From IMG/VR virus record IMGVR_UViG_3300045970_000794, positions 186,001 to 250,000 of that record: DNA of 64,000 bases. One strand, written 5' to 3'. Position 1 is the stretch's first letter, and each line of letters starts with the position of its first letter. The position numbers and the translations under genes are program-made. The notes beneath the pieces are model-generated. The model made no database searches. It was not told where the DNA came from and was given only the letters and a program-made list of their open reading frames with translations. Shown here in pieces: positions 1 through 9,152 of the stretch.

Positions 1-482
1 CTAATTGTTTTTTCACCATTAGATTCAGAACACATTGGGCATCCACGACCTTTTTTATGGTGATGTGGTATCTGTGTAAAATCACCATGTATTGGACATG
101 TGATGATTATTTTAGTCGTAGAATTAACATATATAACTTTTGAATAGTTATAAAAACCATTATGTATTTTTGATAATTCATTAATATATGATTCGGTCGT
201 TATTCTTGGTATTTTTAATTTGTATGCCTTTTCTTTAATGTCTTTAGCATCTCTTCTTAATTTTTCCCCACAATATTTACTACCAAAATTACTATAGTTT
301 TCTTTTAAAAATAAAATTTCATCAGTACCCCAAACATTTAAAATATTTAATCCTAATTTATTTGCTTTAACACGTATTGCATTTTTATTTCTATCTAAAA
401 ACGATGTACATCCAGCTACACCGTTAATCGGGTAGTTTTTGATTAATATATCAATTTCTTCATTAGTCCAATATGTGTTCAT
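1..482 (-). CDS. Putative mobile endonuclease with Zn-finger-like CPIHG..CPxC repeat and N-terminal helical repeats; 3' end beyond window
   Basis: Manual translation from ATG 482: MNTYWTNEEIDILIKNY...NYSKVIYVNSTTKIIITCPIHGDFTQIPHHHKKGRGCPMCSESNGEKT. Same repeat and SxGEK linker as 1874..2791; open to the window edge. Confidence 0.8.
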   Translation of the reverse strand, partial: MNTYWTNEEIDILIKNYPINGVAGCTSFLDRNKNAIRVKANKLGLNILNVWGTDEILFLKENYSNFGSKYCGEKLRRDAKDIKEKAYKLKIPRITTESYINELSKIHNGFYNYSKVIYVNSTTKIIITCPIHGDFTQIPHHHKKGRGCPMCSESNGEKTI

Positions 483-642
483 GTTTTATACCTATATTAA
501 TTTTTTCCCTTATTATTTCAGATAATTTAACTATTCTATTTTCTTCATTACTACGCTTAATCGTTAAATTAACCAATTGATTATAGATATTTTCATCTAT
601 TTTAATTGATATGTGTTTCAAATTCATTTTATTTCGTCCCAT
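463..642 (-). CDS. Small ribbon-helix-helix-like protein (59 aa), overlapping the nuclease start
   Basis: Manual translation MGRNKMNLKHISIKIDENIYNQLVNLTIKRSNEENRIVKLSEIIREKINIGIKHEHILD: alternating beta strand HISIKID, then two helices. ATATTTAT motif upstream at 664-671 (minus). Confidence 0.6.
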   Translation of the reverse strand: MGRNKMNLKHISIKIDENIYNQLVNLTIKRSNEENRIVKLSEIIREKINIGIKHEHILD

Positions 643-724
643 AATATATTGTATTACTTTATAATAAATATACGAATATTTAAAAAATTAGTTGCATTCA
701 GATATTTATTTAAAAAATAAAATT

Positions 725-1894
725 ATGGCTGCAAGTGAAATTGAGAAAACACGCTTATTTAGACAAGTTAGACATCAACTAGGTGCTCCAATGCGTAAAA
801 TTGAGTTACCAGACGAAAATTTAGTAACTTTATTGGAATTATCTATTGAAGATTACGCTGAATATGTACATAATTGGCTAATAGATAGTCAATGGTCATC
901 ATTTATAGGTCAACCTATTGATACTTTAGATATGGCATTCGCATTAACAACTAGAACATTAGATTTTGAGACACAATTTACTTATGCTTACTCAAAACAA
1001 GTTGGTTTACAAGCTAGAGGTCCATGGGAACTCAAAAAAGATTATGTTGAGATAGAAGCTGGTAGACAAGTTTATGAAATTCCAGCTGGTCGTGAGGTAA
1101 ATCAAGTATTATGGTTAACCCCATCGGTAACTAATCGTGCATTATTTGCTAATTTTGGTGGTTTTGATAACGGTATTGGTGGTGGTTACGCTCAAACTGG
1201 TTTTGGAGTCGGTGGTGGTGGTACTGGTGCTGGTTCTGGTGGTATGGGTGGAAGAGGTGGATATTATATCGCACCAGCATTTGATGTTTTATTGACTGCG
1301 GCCGATATGAATCTTAAACATAGATTATTAAGAAGTGATTTAGTATATAAAATAACCGCTGGGCCTAATGGTACTAAGTTATTACATTTAATTAGCACAC
1401 CAGGTTCTAAAATGACATTCGGTATGGGTGGTCAAGGTGGAAGTATGGCTGGTTCTAGTTCTTTAGGTATTGCTGGATGTCACGTATGGTATCATTATTA
1501 CGATACTAATGGTGATGTTGATGCATGTAGAGCGGCTAATTTAGATATTATTACGATGCCGAATGAAGTACCATTAACTAGATTAGATTTTGATGTGTTA
1601 AATGAACCTACAAAAATATTAATTCGTCAAATATTAACAGCTAGAGCTAAAATAACCTTAGGAAGAACTAGGGGTAAGTTTGGTGGTGTTGTTGGTCCAC
1701 CAGAAGCTGAAAGAACTATGGATTGGGAAAGTTTATTAACTGAAGGTAATGAAGAATATGGTAAAATATTTGAAAGATTAGCTGCTAGGTTAGAGCAAAT
1801 GACTAATACTAAAATGTTAGAGCGAAAAGCTAATGAAGCTGAAAACTTAAATAAAACATTAGCTTATAGACCCTTAGGATTTTACGTTATTTAG
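725..1894 (+). CDS. Neck/head-completion protein (T4 gp13-like)
   Basis: RHQLGAPMRKIELPDE N-terminus and GRTRGKFGGV C-terminal motif typical of gp13-like neck proteins. ATG 725 preferred to TTG 692 because it follows the ATATTTAT motif at 702. Confidence 0.7.
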   Translation: MAASEIEKTRLFRQVRHQLGAPMRKIELPDENLVTLLELSIEDYAEYVHNWLIDSQWSSFIGQPIDTLDMAFALTTRTLDFETQFTYAYSKQVGLQARGPWELKKDYVEIEAGRQVYEIPAGREVNQVLWLTPSVTNRALFANFGGFDNGIGGGYAQTGFGVGGGGTGAGSGGMGGRGGYYIAPAFDVLLTAADMNLKHRLLRSDLVYKITAGPNGTKLLHLISTPGSKMTFGMGGQGGSMAGSSSLGIAGCHVWYHYYDTNGDVDACRAANLDIITMPNEVPLTRLDFDVLNEPTKILIRQILTARAKITLGRTRGKFGGVVGPPEAERTMDWESLLTEGNEEYGKIFERLAARLEQMTNTKMLERKANEAENLNKTLAYRPLGFYVI

Positions 1895-2791
1895 TAATTT
1901 TTTTTCTAATTTTTTAATTATATCTTCATTATACCTAATAATAATTAAAGGGATGCTATTAATATAACAGTATCTCTTTTTTATTTTATCTCTTTTTCTA
2001 ATTGATTTTAGATTATCTAATCCACCCCAATATTTAATTGACCTATAATGTTGTTCACCATTATATTCGATACAAACATTATAATCTGGTAAATAAAAAT
2101 CAAATGGTAACATTATTTTATCTTTACAACCATTAAATCTATGCTGTGGTAAATATTTAATATTATTTATTAATAAAAATTCTCTAATAATTTTTTCACC
2201 CTTTGATGATTTACACTTAGAACACCCTTGACCTTTTAAATGATTACTAGGGGTTTGCTCAAATTCACCATGAATTGAACATATAATTTTAACTTTATTA
2301 TGTGCATTAATATAAATTACATTAGAATAATCATATTTATTTGTGTGAATTTCTAAAGATTTAGTTATGAATTTATCATTTTTAAACCTTTTACTATCAC
2401 CAACTGCTTTCCAACCACATTTTTGACAACCATAACTCTCCAAATGCCATTTAGCTTTTTGTTTAAATTCACCATGTATTGGGCATATTATATCTAAAAC
2501 ACTATGTTTATTTATATAATTAATGTTAGTATAATCGTATTTATTACCATGTTTTTGTTTTGCTTTAATTATAAATTCTTCATTAGTTAATTTTGAGTTT
2601 ATTTTACATTTTGGACATCCACTATTACTTCTTAGATGATTTCTTGGTTCCATTAAAAACTCACCATGTATTGGACATATTATGATTATGTTTTCGTATT
2701 GTGTTATATAATTAGCTTTTGAATAATCATATTTATCACCATGTTTTTGTACTGCTCGTTTAATAAAAATTTCTGTAGTTATCATATTCAT
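1874..2791 (-). CDS. Free-standing endonuclease: three Zn-finger-like repeats (YDYS..IICPIHGEF..GCxKC) plus C-terminal PD-(D/E)xK-like (Vsr/DUF559-type) domain
   Basis: Repeats visible in translation; C-terminal LPFDFYLPDYNVCIEYNGEQHY...RDKIKKRYC...IPLIIIRY. Confidence 0.8.
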   Translation of the reverse strand: MNMITTEIFIKRAVQKHGDKYDYSKANYITQYENIIIICPIHGEFLMEPRNHLRSNSGCPKCKINSKLTNEEFIIKAKQKHGNKYDYTNINYINKHSVLDIICPIHGEFKQKAKWHLESYGCQKCGWKAVGDSKRFKNDKFITKSLEIHTNKYDYSNVIYINAHNKVKIICSIHGEFEQTPSNHLKGQGCSKCKSSKGEKIIREFLLINNIKYLPQHRFNGCKDKIMLPFDFYLPDYNVCIEYNGEQHYRSIKYWGGLDNLKSIRKRDKIKKRYCYINSIPLIIIRYNEDIIKKLEKKLLNNVKS

Positions 2792-2831
2792 TTTATTATA
2801 AATATATTGAAATTAATAAAAGAAATTTTAA

Positions 2832-2870
2832 ACTATGAAATATCGTCCTATGGGATTCTATGTAATATAA
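2832..2870 (+). repeat. Orphan second copy of the neck gene 3' end
   Basis: Reads TMKYRPMGFYVI* versus TLAYRPLGFYVI* at 1856..1894; followed directly by a terminator. Confidence 0.85.
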
Positions 2871-2871
2871 A

Positions 2872-2901
2872 AAAAGCGGGCTAATACCCGCTTTATTTTT
2901 T
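2872..2901. terminator. Intrinsic terminator, probably bidirectional
   Basis: aaaaGCGGG-ctaata-CCCGCtttattttt between convergent genes. Confidence 0.75.
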
Positions 2902-2902
2902 A

Positions 2903-5900
2903 CTAGAAATTCCATTCATCATCGTCTTCGTTAAGAGTTATCTCAGCAACTTCTTGTATTGCTTCGACAATGACCTTTTCCTCTTCGTTAATGGACTGAT
3001 TTGGTTCTACTGATAGTACTGATTCATTTAATACTTTTTGTTGTTCTAAATGTTTTAACCAAAAGTCATAAGGTTTTTTAAGTTCATCATCATTAAGAGT
3101 CTCGTAAAATTCAGCTCTAGTTATGGCTTCATCCTCGTATTTAAATATATCATCTAGCTTACCGATTTCCTCATCGTATTTTTTAGATAGGAATATTAAT
3201 TCACCTTCTTCGTTAACACTTAAATACGCTATATTTACGTAGTTATTAATAACATCTATCGCAACATCATAATCAGAAGCTAATAATTCATTAATATTTT
3301 CTAATTGGTTAGCTTCAAGTCGTTTAATTAAATCATCAATTTTTTTACGTTCGAAAATAAGGTCACCTTCTTTCATTTTAGCTACTCTATCTAAATAGTC
3401 AGCTTTAATTCCTTCCCAATCTTCTAGCGAAACACCAATATCTTCTAGGTTATTTGGTGTTTTATTTACTTTAAGCCAAAATTTAATTTCTTTATCTTCG
3501 AAATTCATTAAATCTTTTTCGTAGTCATCTTGGTCGATTGGTTCATCTGGAATACCAGATACAAGTATACATTCTTCTTCGGTGAATATTTGAGGCTCCG
3601 CTAATGTCATTTTTTTAGTCTTCCTATCGGTTTTAGTTTCAACAAAAATCTTATCACGAATTTCTTTTTTGAATACAACCAATAATGGGGTTATTCGATT
3701 ATTAAATGCTGTTAAATACTTAGCCACATTATATTCTTCTGTGGTTAAATTGGAATCACTTTCAATATCCTCAGTTGGAATCAATTTACAATTTAATTTA
3801 ACGACACCTTTTTCAGTTTTAATATCACCATGTGATTTTTTTTCACCAGTATTAACATAGTAGATTACATCACCTAATTCAACTTTTAAATTATGTAAAA
3901 TTGCTAATTCCATATGTGCTTGCTTAGGCATTGGTTTACCAGCTTTATTAGTTTTTTTACATTTTTTCTTGTATTCATCAATACTAATCTTAACTTTAGA
4001 TTTTGATGCAATTTTAATTAAAGGAATTGAATAACTATAAATCATATCGACATATTTTTGATATAACTCAATAAATTCACTACCTTTATTATCCAATAAT
4101 AATACAATTGCTTCATCTAAAAATTCTTCAATGTATGTTGGCATTTTCTTAGATTTGATAGTATTACCAACCAATTTAATCTTAGTTTTACCTTTTTTGA
4201 TGATTTTATTAGCGTAATTCTTTCTAGCGAAATTAATAGTTGATTCACCGATTTCATCAATATCCAATCCCATTCTACCAATCATGTAAGTATCATTGAA
4301 TTCAGCAACTACAGCTTTTACACCGATATATTCTTTATCTTTTTCATTGAATGAATGTTTTCCATTTGAAATATACGTTATATTATCAATATCCAGTGGT
4401 ATTTCAAAGTTAAAACCATCGGTATTTTTAAGATTAATTAATCCAATTCCACCAATAAAAGTCCCATCATCAGTTGATATGTCATAAACAAAATTATTAA
4501 TATCTTTATTAGAAATTATTTCATTTTTCCAAACTTCATCAGACTTTTTTAATGTTTTTTTAGTAAAACTAGATAAATTACGATTATTATTTTTTAATGA
4601 AAATGAAATAAAATTTTGTTTATCTTTTCTGGTTTTAATTTTATACTCAATATTTAAATTTTTCATTAATAAACCAATACCAGCCATAGCAACTTGAGAC
4701 TTCATACCAATATCTGAACAAGTATCTATAGTATTTCCATAACCATCAGATGCACACACACCTTCTAAAAAATATTTTTTAATATCATTATTAGAATTTA
4801 AAATAATATTAGGTATTTTTTTCTCCCTGTAAGAAGTGTAAAAGTTTTCACAGAAAAATGTTGCGAATGTTGCATTGTGAACAACTAAATTATAGACACT
4901 ACTAGATTTTAAGTGGTTTTTTATTTCAGATTTAATTTTAAATTTAGTTTCTAAAATTAATTTTAATTTCTCCAAAAATTCTAAATTTGAATTGGATATC
5001 TTCCAGTCACTTCGTTTACCTTTATTAATATGTATTTCACCAGTTTTTTTGGACCTATATTTTTGCGTTCTTTTTGAACAATTAGCTGAACCATCACCCA
5101 AGAAAAAACCATATAACCAAGCCTCATCACTTGATATGCTATTTATTGAGTTAAAATCATTTAAATCATTACAAACATCAATCTTATCACCTCTTTTTAA
5201 TTTTGATGGTTTTATTTGAATATTATTCTGAAACAATGAATGGTCTTCAGTTACATTAACTAACCTATCTTTAGTGGTTATTCGGTGAATTGTTTTTTCA
5301 GTTTCATGTCTAAAAACATATTTAATATTTTTCCAACCATTTACAGTTAAAACTTCATATGGTTTAGCTTCAAAATCACGTAATTTATGAGAATCAATAT
5401 AGTTTGAATTTTCATTAAATAAATCACAAATTGGTAATATATCTAACATTCCATTTTTATATCTAATATAAACTGGTGTATCATATGTAACTGAATCACC
5501 CACAAGTGGTATAAAACCATATTTTTCAACAAAGAACTTAACCATAAGTCTTAAATACATTCTACCTCTACATGTTGTTTCTTCAGCCAAATCCATTTGT
5601 GACCATGGGAATACATCTGGCGCACCATAAGAACCGAAGAATGAGTTAGCAAGTATTTTAAGTGGTAATTGTTTTCTATCATAGAAACTACCAGTCTTCG
5701 TATCACCAAGACCATAAGCTTCATTCATCAAAGCTTTGTATTTATCACGATAATCAACAATATAGGTTAATAAACCTTTCATAACACCACTGATATCAAT
5801 ATCAGAGAATATATTCCAAGTTAATTGAGTTTTTGGGTAAAGAGCTGCATAATCGAGTTTTGAATATTTACCAGCTTTACCAACTCTAAGTAATCTTGAT

Positions 5901-7267
5901 AAACCACCAGTAAAATCACGTTTCTTATCAAATTCTGGAATAGCCAAATCATTTTCATATGACCAAGCTAACATTATCAACTTCCAAATGGTTGCAGTAC
6001 CCATGGTAAGGGTACGCATAAATGATGTTGGTAAAATTTTAGATAATAAGAATGATGCTTGATTAAAAATGAAACCTACTTGTTCGGTTTCCCATAAATC
6101 ATCTAAAAGATATCGTTCAGCAATATATTGCCCTGTAACAATTTCATATTCATCTTTAAGTGGTTTATTTTCAGTTATTTTATACCAATCACCATTGACA
6201 TCATTAAATGCATACTCATTTACTTTATCGGACCAAATAGTACCAATCATTCTACCATCATTAATATAAACACGATTTGGTTTATTAATTTCGGAAAATT
6301 TAGTAATATATTTTAATCCAGCTTTTTTAATATCAGAATTAATCGCTTGAGCTCTACGAACTGAATGATAAATGTCGGCAATGTTATATCCCCACATGTA
6401 TGTTTGTTCATAATATTCAGTATCACTACCTAATTTTAATGTTGATTGTTTACGTTTAATTTTAACATTAGGGTTTAATGTTTTTACCATTTTAGTAATA
6501 TCAACATTTAATAATCTACATCTTTCAAAGATATAGTACCAGTCAAATGTTTCTGAATTATAACCTTCAATAATATCTGGCTTTAATGCATCAATAATAC
6601 CAAAAAATGTTTCTAATGCTTGAACTTCTCTACTTAATCTATTTGGACCATCTTCAATTGTTAATATTGTCTCCCACCCACGATTATTTTTAATACCTAT
6701 TTGATTAATATGTGTATTATGTGGGTCTAAACCAGTTGTTTCTAAGTCGAACTGAAGTCTATGCAAATCATTATAATCATCAAATCCCTTGAATAATCGT
6801 TTACCAGATTGAATCATATATTGCTCAATTGGTGGTAATGTCATGAAATTCTTATTACCATTTATCTCACAACCAGCATCTTTAAAGAAATTTAATAATT
6901 GAAGGTAATTTTTGCTTCCAGTGATAAGGTATTTATATCCAGCGGCTAATCGTTGTGGTTCAGTACCTTCATCATTTTTAGTTTTAAGTAATTTAACTTT
7001 AATTTCAGCTTTACGCATTTCATTCTTCAACTTACCTCTATTTCCACCGTATAAATCATCCAATGCGGCTTCTTTCATCCAAAGGAATGGCTTATACTTT
7101 TCTTTTTTGACTATTTTAGTTGAAGTACCATAACCATTTGGTTGGTTAATTATTACTGAAACAGTTTCATCGTAATAATTAGCTTCAATTGCTGTAATGT
7201 ATTTTTGTGGGTCGTGACCATCGAAAAATTGTTCAATAGCCTCAGGTGTAACTTGTTTTTGCTCCAT
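2903..7267 (-). CDS. polB: Family B DNA polymerase containing an intein
   Basis: ExoI FDLETTG, ExoII GYNSETFDW, motif A DYAALYP, motif B KILANSFFG, motif C VGD|TDG split by intein, RKNYA. Likely start MEQKQ at 7267 (ORF track starts 7306). Confidence 0.95.
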   Translation of the reverse strand: MEQKQVTPEAIEQFFDGHDPQKYITAIEANYYDETVSVIINQPNGYGTSTKIVKKEKYKPFLWMKEAALDDLYGGNRGKLKNEMRKAEIKVKLLKTKNDEGTEPQRLAAGYKYLITGSKNYLQLLNFFKDAGCEINGNKNFMTLPPIEQYMIQSGKRLFKGFDDYNDLHRLQFDLETTGLDPHNTHINQIGIKNNRGWETILTIEDGPNRLSREVQALETFFGIIDALKPDIIEGYNSETFDWYYIFERCRLLNVDITKMVKTLNPNVKIKRKQSTLKLGSDTEYYEQTYMWGYNIADIYHSVRRAQAINSDIKKAGLKYITKFSEINKPNRVYINDGRMIGTIWSDKVNEYAFNDVNGDWYKITENKPLKDEYEIVTGQYIAERYLLDDLWETEQVGFIFNQASFLLSKILPTSFMRTLTMGTATIWKLIMLAWSYENDLAIPEFDKKRDFTGGLSRLLRVGKAGKYSKLDYAALYPKTQLTWNIFSDIDISGVMKGLLTYIVDYRDKYKALMNEAYGLGDTKTGSFYDRKQLPLKILANSFFGSYGAPDVFPWSQMDLAEETTCRGRMYLRLMVKFFVEKYGFIPLVGDSVTYDTPVYIRYKNGMLDILPICDLFNENSNYIDSHKLRDFEAKPYEVLTVNGWKNIKYVFRHETEKTIHRITTKDRLVNVTEDHSLFQNNIQIKPSKLKRGDKIDVCNDLNDFNSINSISSDEAWLYGFFLGDGSANCSKRTQKYRSKKTGEIHINKGKRSDWKISNSNLEFLEKLKLILETKFKIKSEIKNHLKSSSVYNLVVHNATFATFFCENFYTSYREKKIPNIILNSNNDIKKYFLEGVCASDGYGNTIDTCSDIGMKSQVAMAGIGLLMKNLNIEYKIKTRKDKQNFISFSLKNNNRNLSSFTKKTLKKSDEVWKNEIISNKDINNFVYDISTDDGTFIGGIGLINLKNTDGFNFEIPLDIDNITYISNGKHSFNEKDKEYIGVKAVVAEFNDTYMIGRMGLDIDEIGESTINFARKNYANKIIKKGKTKIKLVGNTIKSKKMPTYIEEFLDEAIVLLLDNKGSEFIELYQKYVDMIYSYSIPLIKIASKSKVKISIDEYKKKCKKTNKAGKPMPKQAHMELAILHNLKVELGDVIYYVNTGEKKSHGDIKTEKGVVKLNCKLIPTEDIESDSNLTTEEYNVAKYLTAFNNRITPLLVVFKKEIRDKIFVETKTDRKTKKMTLAEPQIFTEEECILVSGIPDEPIDQDDYEKDLMNFEDKEIKFWLKVNKTPNNLEDIGVSLEDWEGIKADYLDRVAKMKEGDLIFERKKIDDLIKRLEANQLENINELLASDYDVAIDVINNYVNIAYLSVNEEGELIFLSKKYDEEIGKLDDIFKYEDEAITRAEFYETLNDDELKKPYDFWLKHLEQQKVLNESVLSVEPNQSINEEEKVIVEAIQEVAEITLNEDDDEWNF
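4424..5494 (-). mobile_element. Intein (357 aa) with LAGLIDADG homing endonuclease in polymerase motif C
   Basis: Starts SVTYDTPVY after VGD; block B VTEDHSL; WLYGFFLGDGS and FLEGVCASDGY; ends VYDIST...INLKN before T(+1)DG. Confidence 0.92.
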
Positions 7268-7346
7268 ATGTATATAAAAAAATTCAGAAATAATGTAGAA
7301 ATACAAAATAACTTAATTTTTTCGTAAAAAGCAATAAAAAACGTAA

Positions 7347-7385
7347 TTATTTTATACTACCATCTAAAACATGTAATTTTAATGT
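7347..7385 (-). repeat. Orphan second copy of the 3' end of the BppU-like gene (8757..9152)
   Basis: Reads TLKLHVLDGSIK* versus TLTIHVLDADIKNR* at 8757..8801; 8 of 12 residues identical. Confidence 0.7.
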
Positions 7386-7422
7386 TAAAAACTTTATCTT
7401 TTTTATAAATTAGTTATATTTA

Positions 7423-7451
7423 TATTTGTGGGAACATTGTTCCCACAAATA
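7423..7451. promoter_or_regulatory. Perfect 14-bp inverted repeat, candidate operator
   Basis: TATTTGTGGGAACA-T-TGTTCCCACAAATA; overlaps ATATTTAT (7416) and TATATTTG (7421); ends 21 nt before ATG 7473. Confidence 0.65.
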
Positions 7452-7472
7452 ACATTAATTAACTTATATGCC

Positions 7473-8045
7473 ATGAGAGAAGAAGAAATTAAAATTAGAA
7501 TATCATCGGACATTAAAACGGATTTTCAAAATATATGTGAAATTGAAAATACAACGATGTCTAATAAATTAACTGGATTTATTATTGATGAAATACATCG
7601 CAAAATAATTAAAACATTGGATAATAATACAATAACTAAACGTTTAATTAAATTTGGGATTAATAAAGGGGGTAGGTTCTATCAAAAGAATGAATTACTT
7701 AAAATTATATTGGATGAAGATGGTTTTGAAATATCTCATCTAGATTTTTTAAATAAAAAGACGTTATATGGTCAATTTGGTTTCCATTCTGAGGGTGATG
7801 TAATACATAAATATAATGCAACTCACTCTATCAAAAATCTTAGAATTGATGGTGATTGGTTAATTGGTGATATTACCATTTTGAATCCATCTATACTACC
7901 AGTATTGGATAATTTAGTTTTTAGACCTCGTTCATTTGGTATTATTAGTGAAAACGGTATTGTTAAAGATTTGGAGATAATCGGTTTTGATGCTATACTT
8001 AAAACAGATGATAAATTTATTGATTATGGTGATGAAGATATGTAG
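7473..8045 (+). CDS. RHH-like N-terminus fused to a degenerate prohead-protease (gp21-like) domain
   Basis: N-terminal EIKIRISSDIKTDFQNICE..TMSNKL; INKGGRFY, LYGQFGFH, ATHSIKNLRIDGDWLIGDITI, FRPRSFG and LEIIGFDAI align by eye with the protease at 59567..60268. Confidence 0.65.
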   Translation: MREEEIKIRISSDIKTDFQNICEIENTTMSNKLTGFIIDEIHRKIIKTLDNNTITKRLIKFGINKGGRFYQKNELLKIILDEDGFEISHLDFLNKKTLYGQFGFHSEGDVIHKYNATHSIKNLRIDGDWLIGDITILNPSILPVLDNLVFRPRSFGIISENGIVKDLEIIGFDAILKTDDKFIDYGDEDM

Positions 8046-8760
8046 TAAATGTCAATTACCTAAAGAATTGACTGAATTTAATAAACGAAGTAATTCTAAG
8101 GATGGTTTACGTTATGAATGTAAGTCATGTCAAAAATTAATTTATGAACAAAAAAGAGAATATTACATTATTAAAATGAAAAATAATCGTATTAAACACA
8201 TTGATGAATATGCTAAACGAGATAGAGAATATTATGAAACTAATCGAAATGGTATATTATATCAGAAAAAAGAATATTATAAAGAAAATAGAAATGAAAT
8301 ATTAATAAAGAAAAAAGAATATGATAAAGAAAATAGTGAACATAAAAAAGAATATAATAAAAATTATCGTAAAAATAATAAACCTAAACTAATGAAGTAT
8401 GCTAGGGATTACTCAAAAGAATGGCGTAAAACACATTCACATATTGTAGCTTGGAGGCGTGTACTATCATGCTCATTAAAAAGATTAAATAAATCAAAAG
8501 AAGGTCATACCATTGATTTACTAGGATATTCACCACACCAATTAAAAGAGCATTTAGAATCACTATTTACTGATGGTATGTCATGGGATAATTATGGTGA
8601 ATGGCATATTGACCATAAAATACCAGTTTGTAGCTTTTCAGCTGATACACCACCTAGTGTTGTAAATGCATTAAGTAATTTACAACCATTATGGGCTACC
8701 ACAAGGGAAATAAATGGGATTATTTACGAAGGTAATTTAAATAAATGGAAATATGATTAA
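7987..8760 (+). CDS. HNH homing endonuclease with N-terminal CxxC..CxxC finger; true start probably near 8026-8032
   Basis: KICSKC..ECKSC; GMSWDNYGEWHIDHKIP...NLQPLW..NLNK; paralog of 55292..55975. Confidence 0.85.
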   Translation: MMLYLKQMINLLIMVMKICSKCQLPKELTEFNKRSNSKDGLRYECKSCQKLIYEQKREYYIIKMKNNRIKHIDEYAKRDREYYETNRNGILYQKKEYYKENRNEILIKKKEYDKENSEHKKEYNKNYRKNNKPKLMKYARDYSKEWRKTHSHIVAWRRVLSCSLKRLNKSKEGHTIDLLGYSPHQLKEHLESLFTDGMSWDNYGEWHIDHKIPVCSFSADTPPSVVNALSNLQPLWATTREINGIIYEGNLNKWKYD

Positions 8761-9152
8761 CGATTTTTAATATCCGCATCCAAGACATGGATTGTTAAAG
8801 TATCTCTAATTGGTACTATCAGTGTTCCGATTACTTCCATATCATTTAATCCACCTAAAAATTCAATAGTGAATTGTCCACGATATGTTCCAGCTCTATT
8901 AGTATCTTTAGTTCTAAATGTATAGGTTACATAATATTCTTCAGTCATATCCAATGGAGTATCTAGTTTTAACTCACACCCAGCTGGTCGTTTTGCAACC
9001 TTAATTAAACCAGTATCAACATCAACCATACTGAAGTAAACGTTGGAGTTTTGTATTTGCTCGTGAAATGCTTTATAGTCATTTCTACCATCTTGAATTA
9101 ATTCCATCTTCAAAATATTTAATGTAGCACCTTTATTTATGAAAAAATCCAT
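8757..9152 (-). CDS. BppU-like baseplate/Ig-like virion protein
   Basis: MDFFINKGATLNILKMEL...YTFRTKDTNRAGTYRGQFTIEF..TLIVP pattern; end of the tail-fibre operon. Confidence 0.5.
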   Translation of the reverse strand: MDFFINKGATLNILKMELIQDGRNDYKAFHEQIQNSNVYFSMVDVDTGLIKVAKRPAGCELKLDTPLDMTEEYYVTYTFRTKDTNRAGTYRGQFTIEFLGGLNDMEVIGTLIVPIRDTLTIHVLDADIKNR

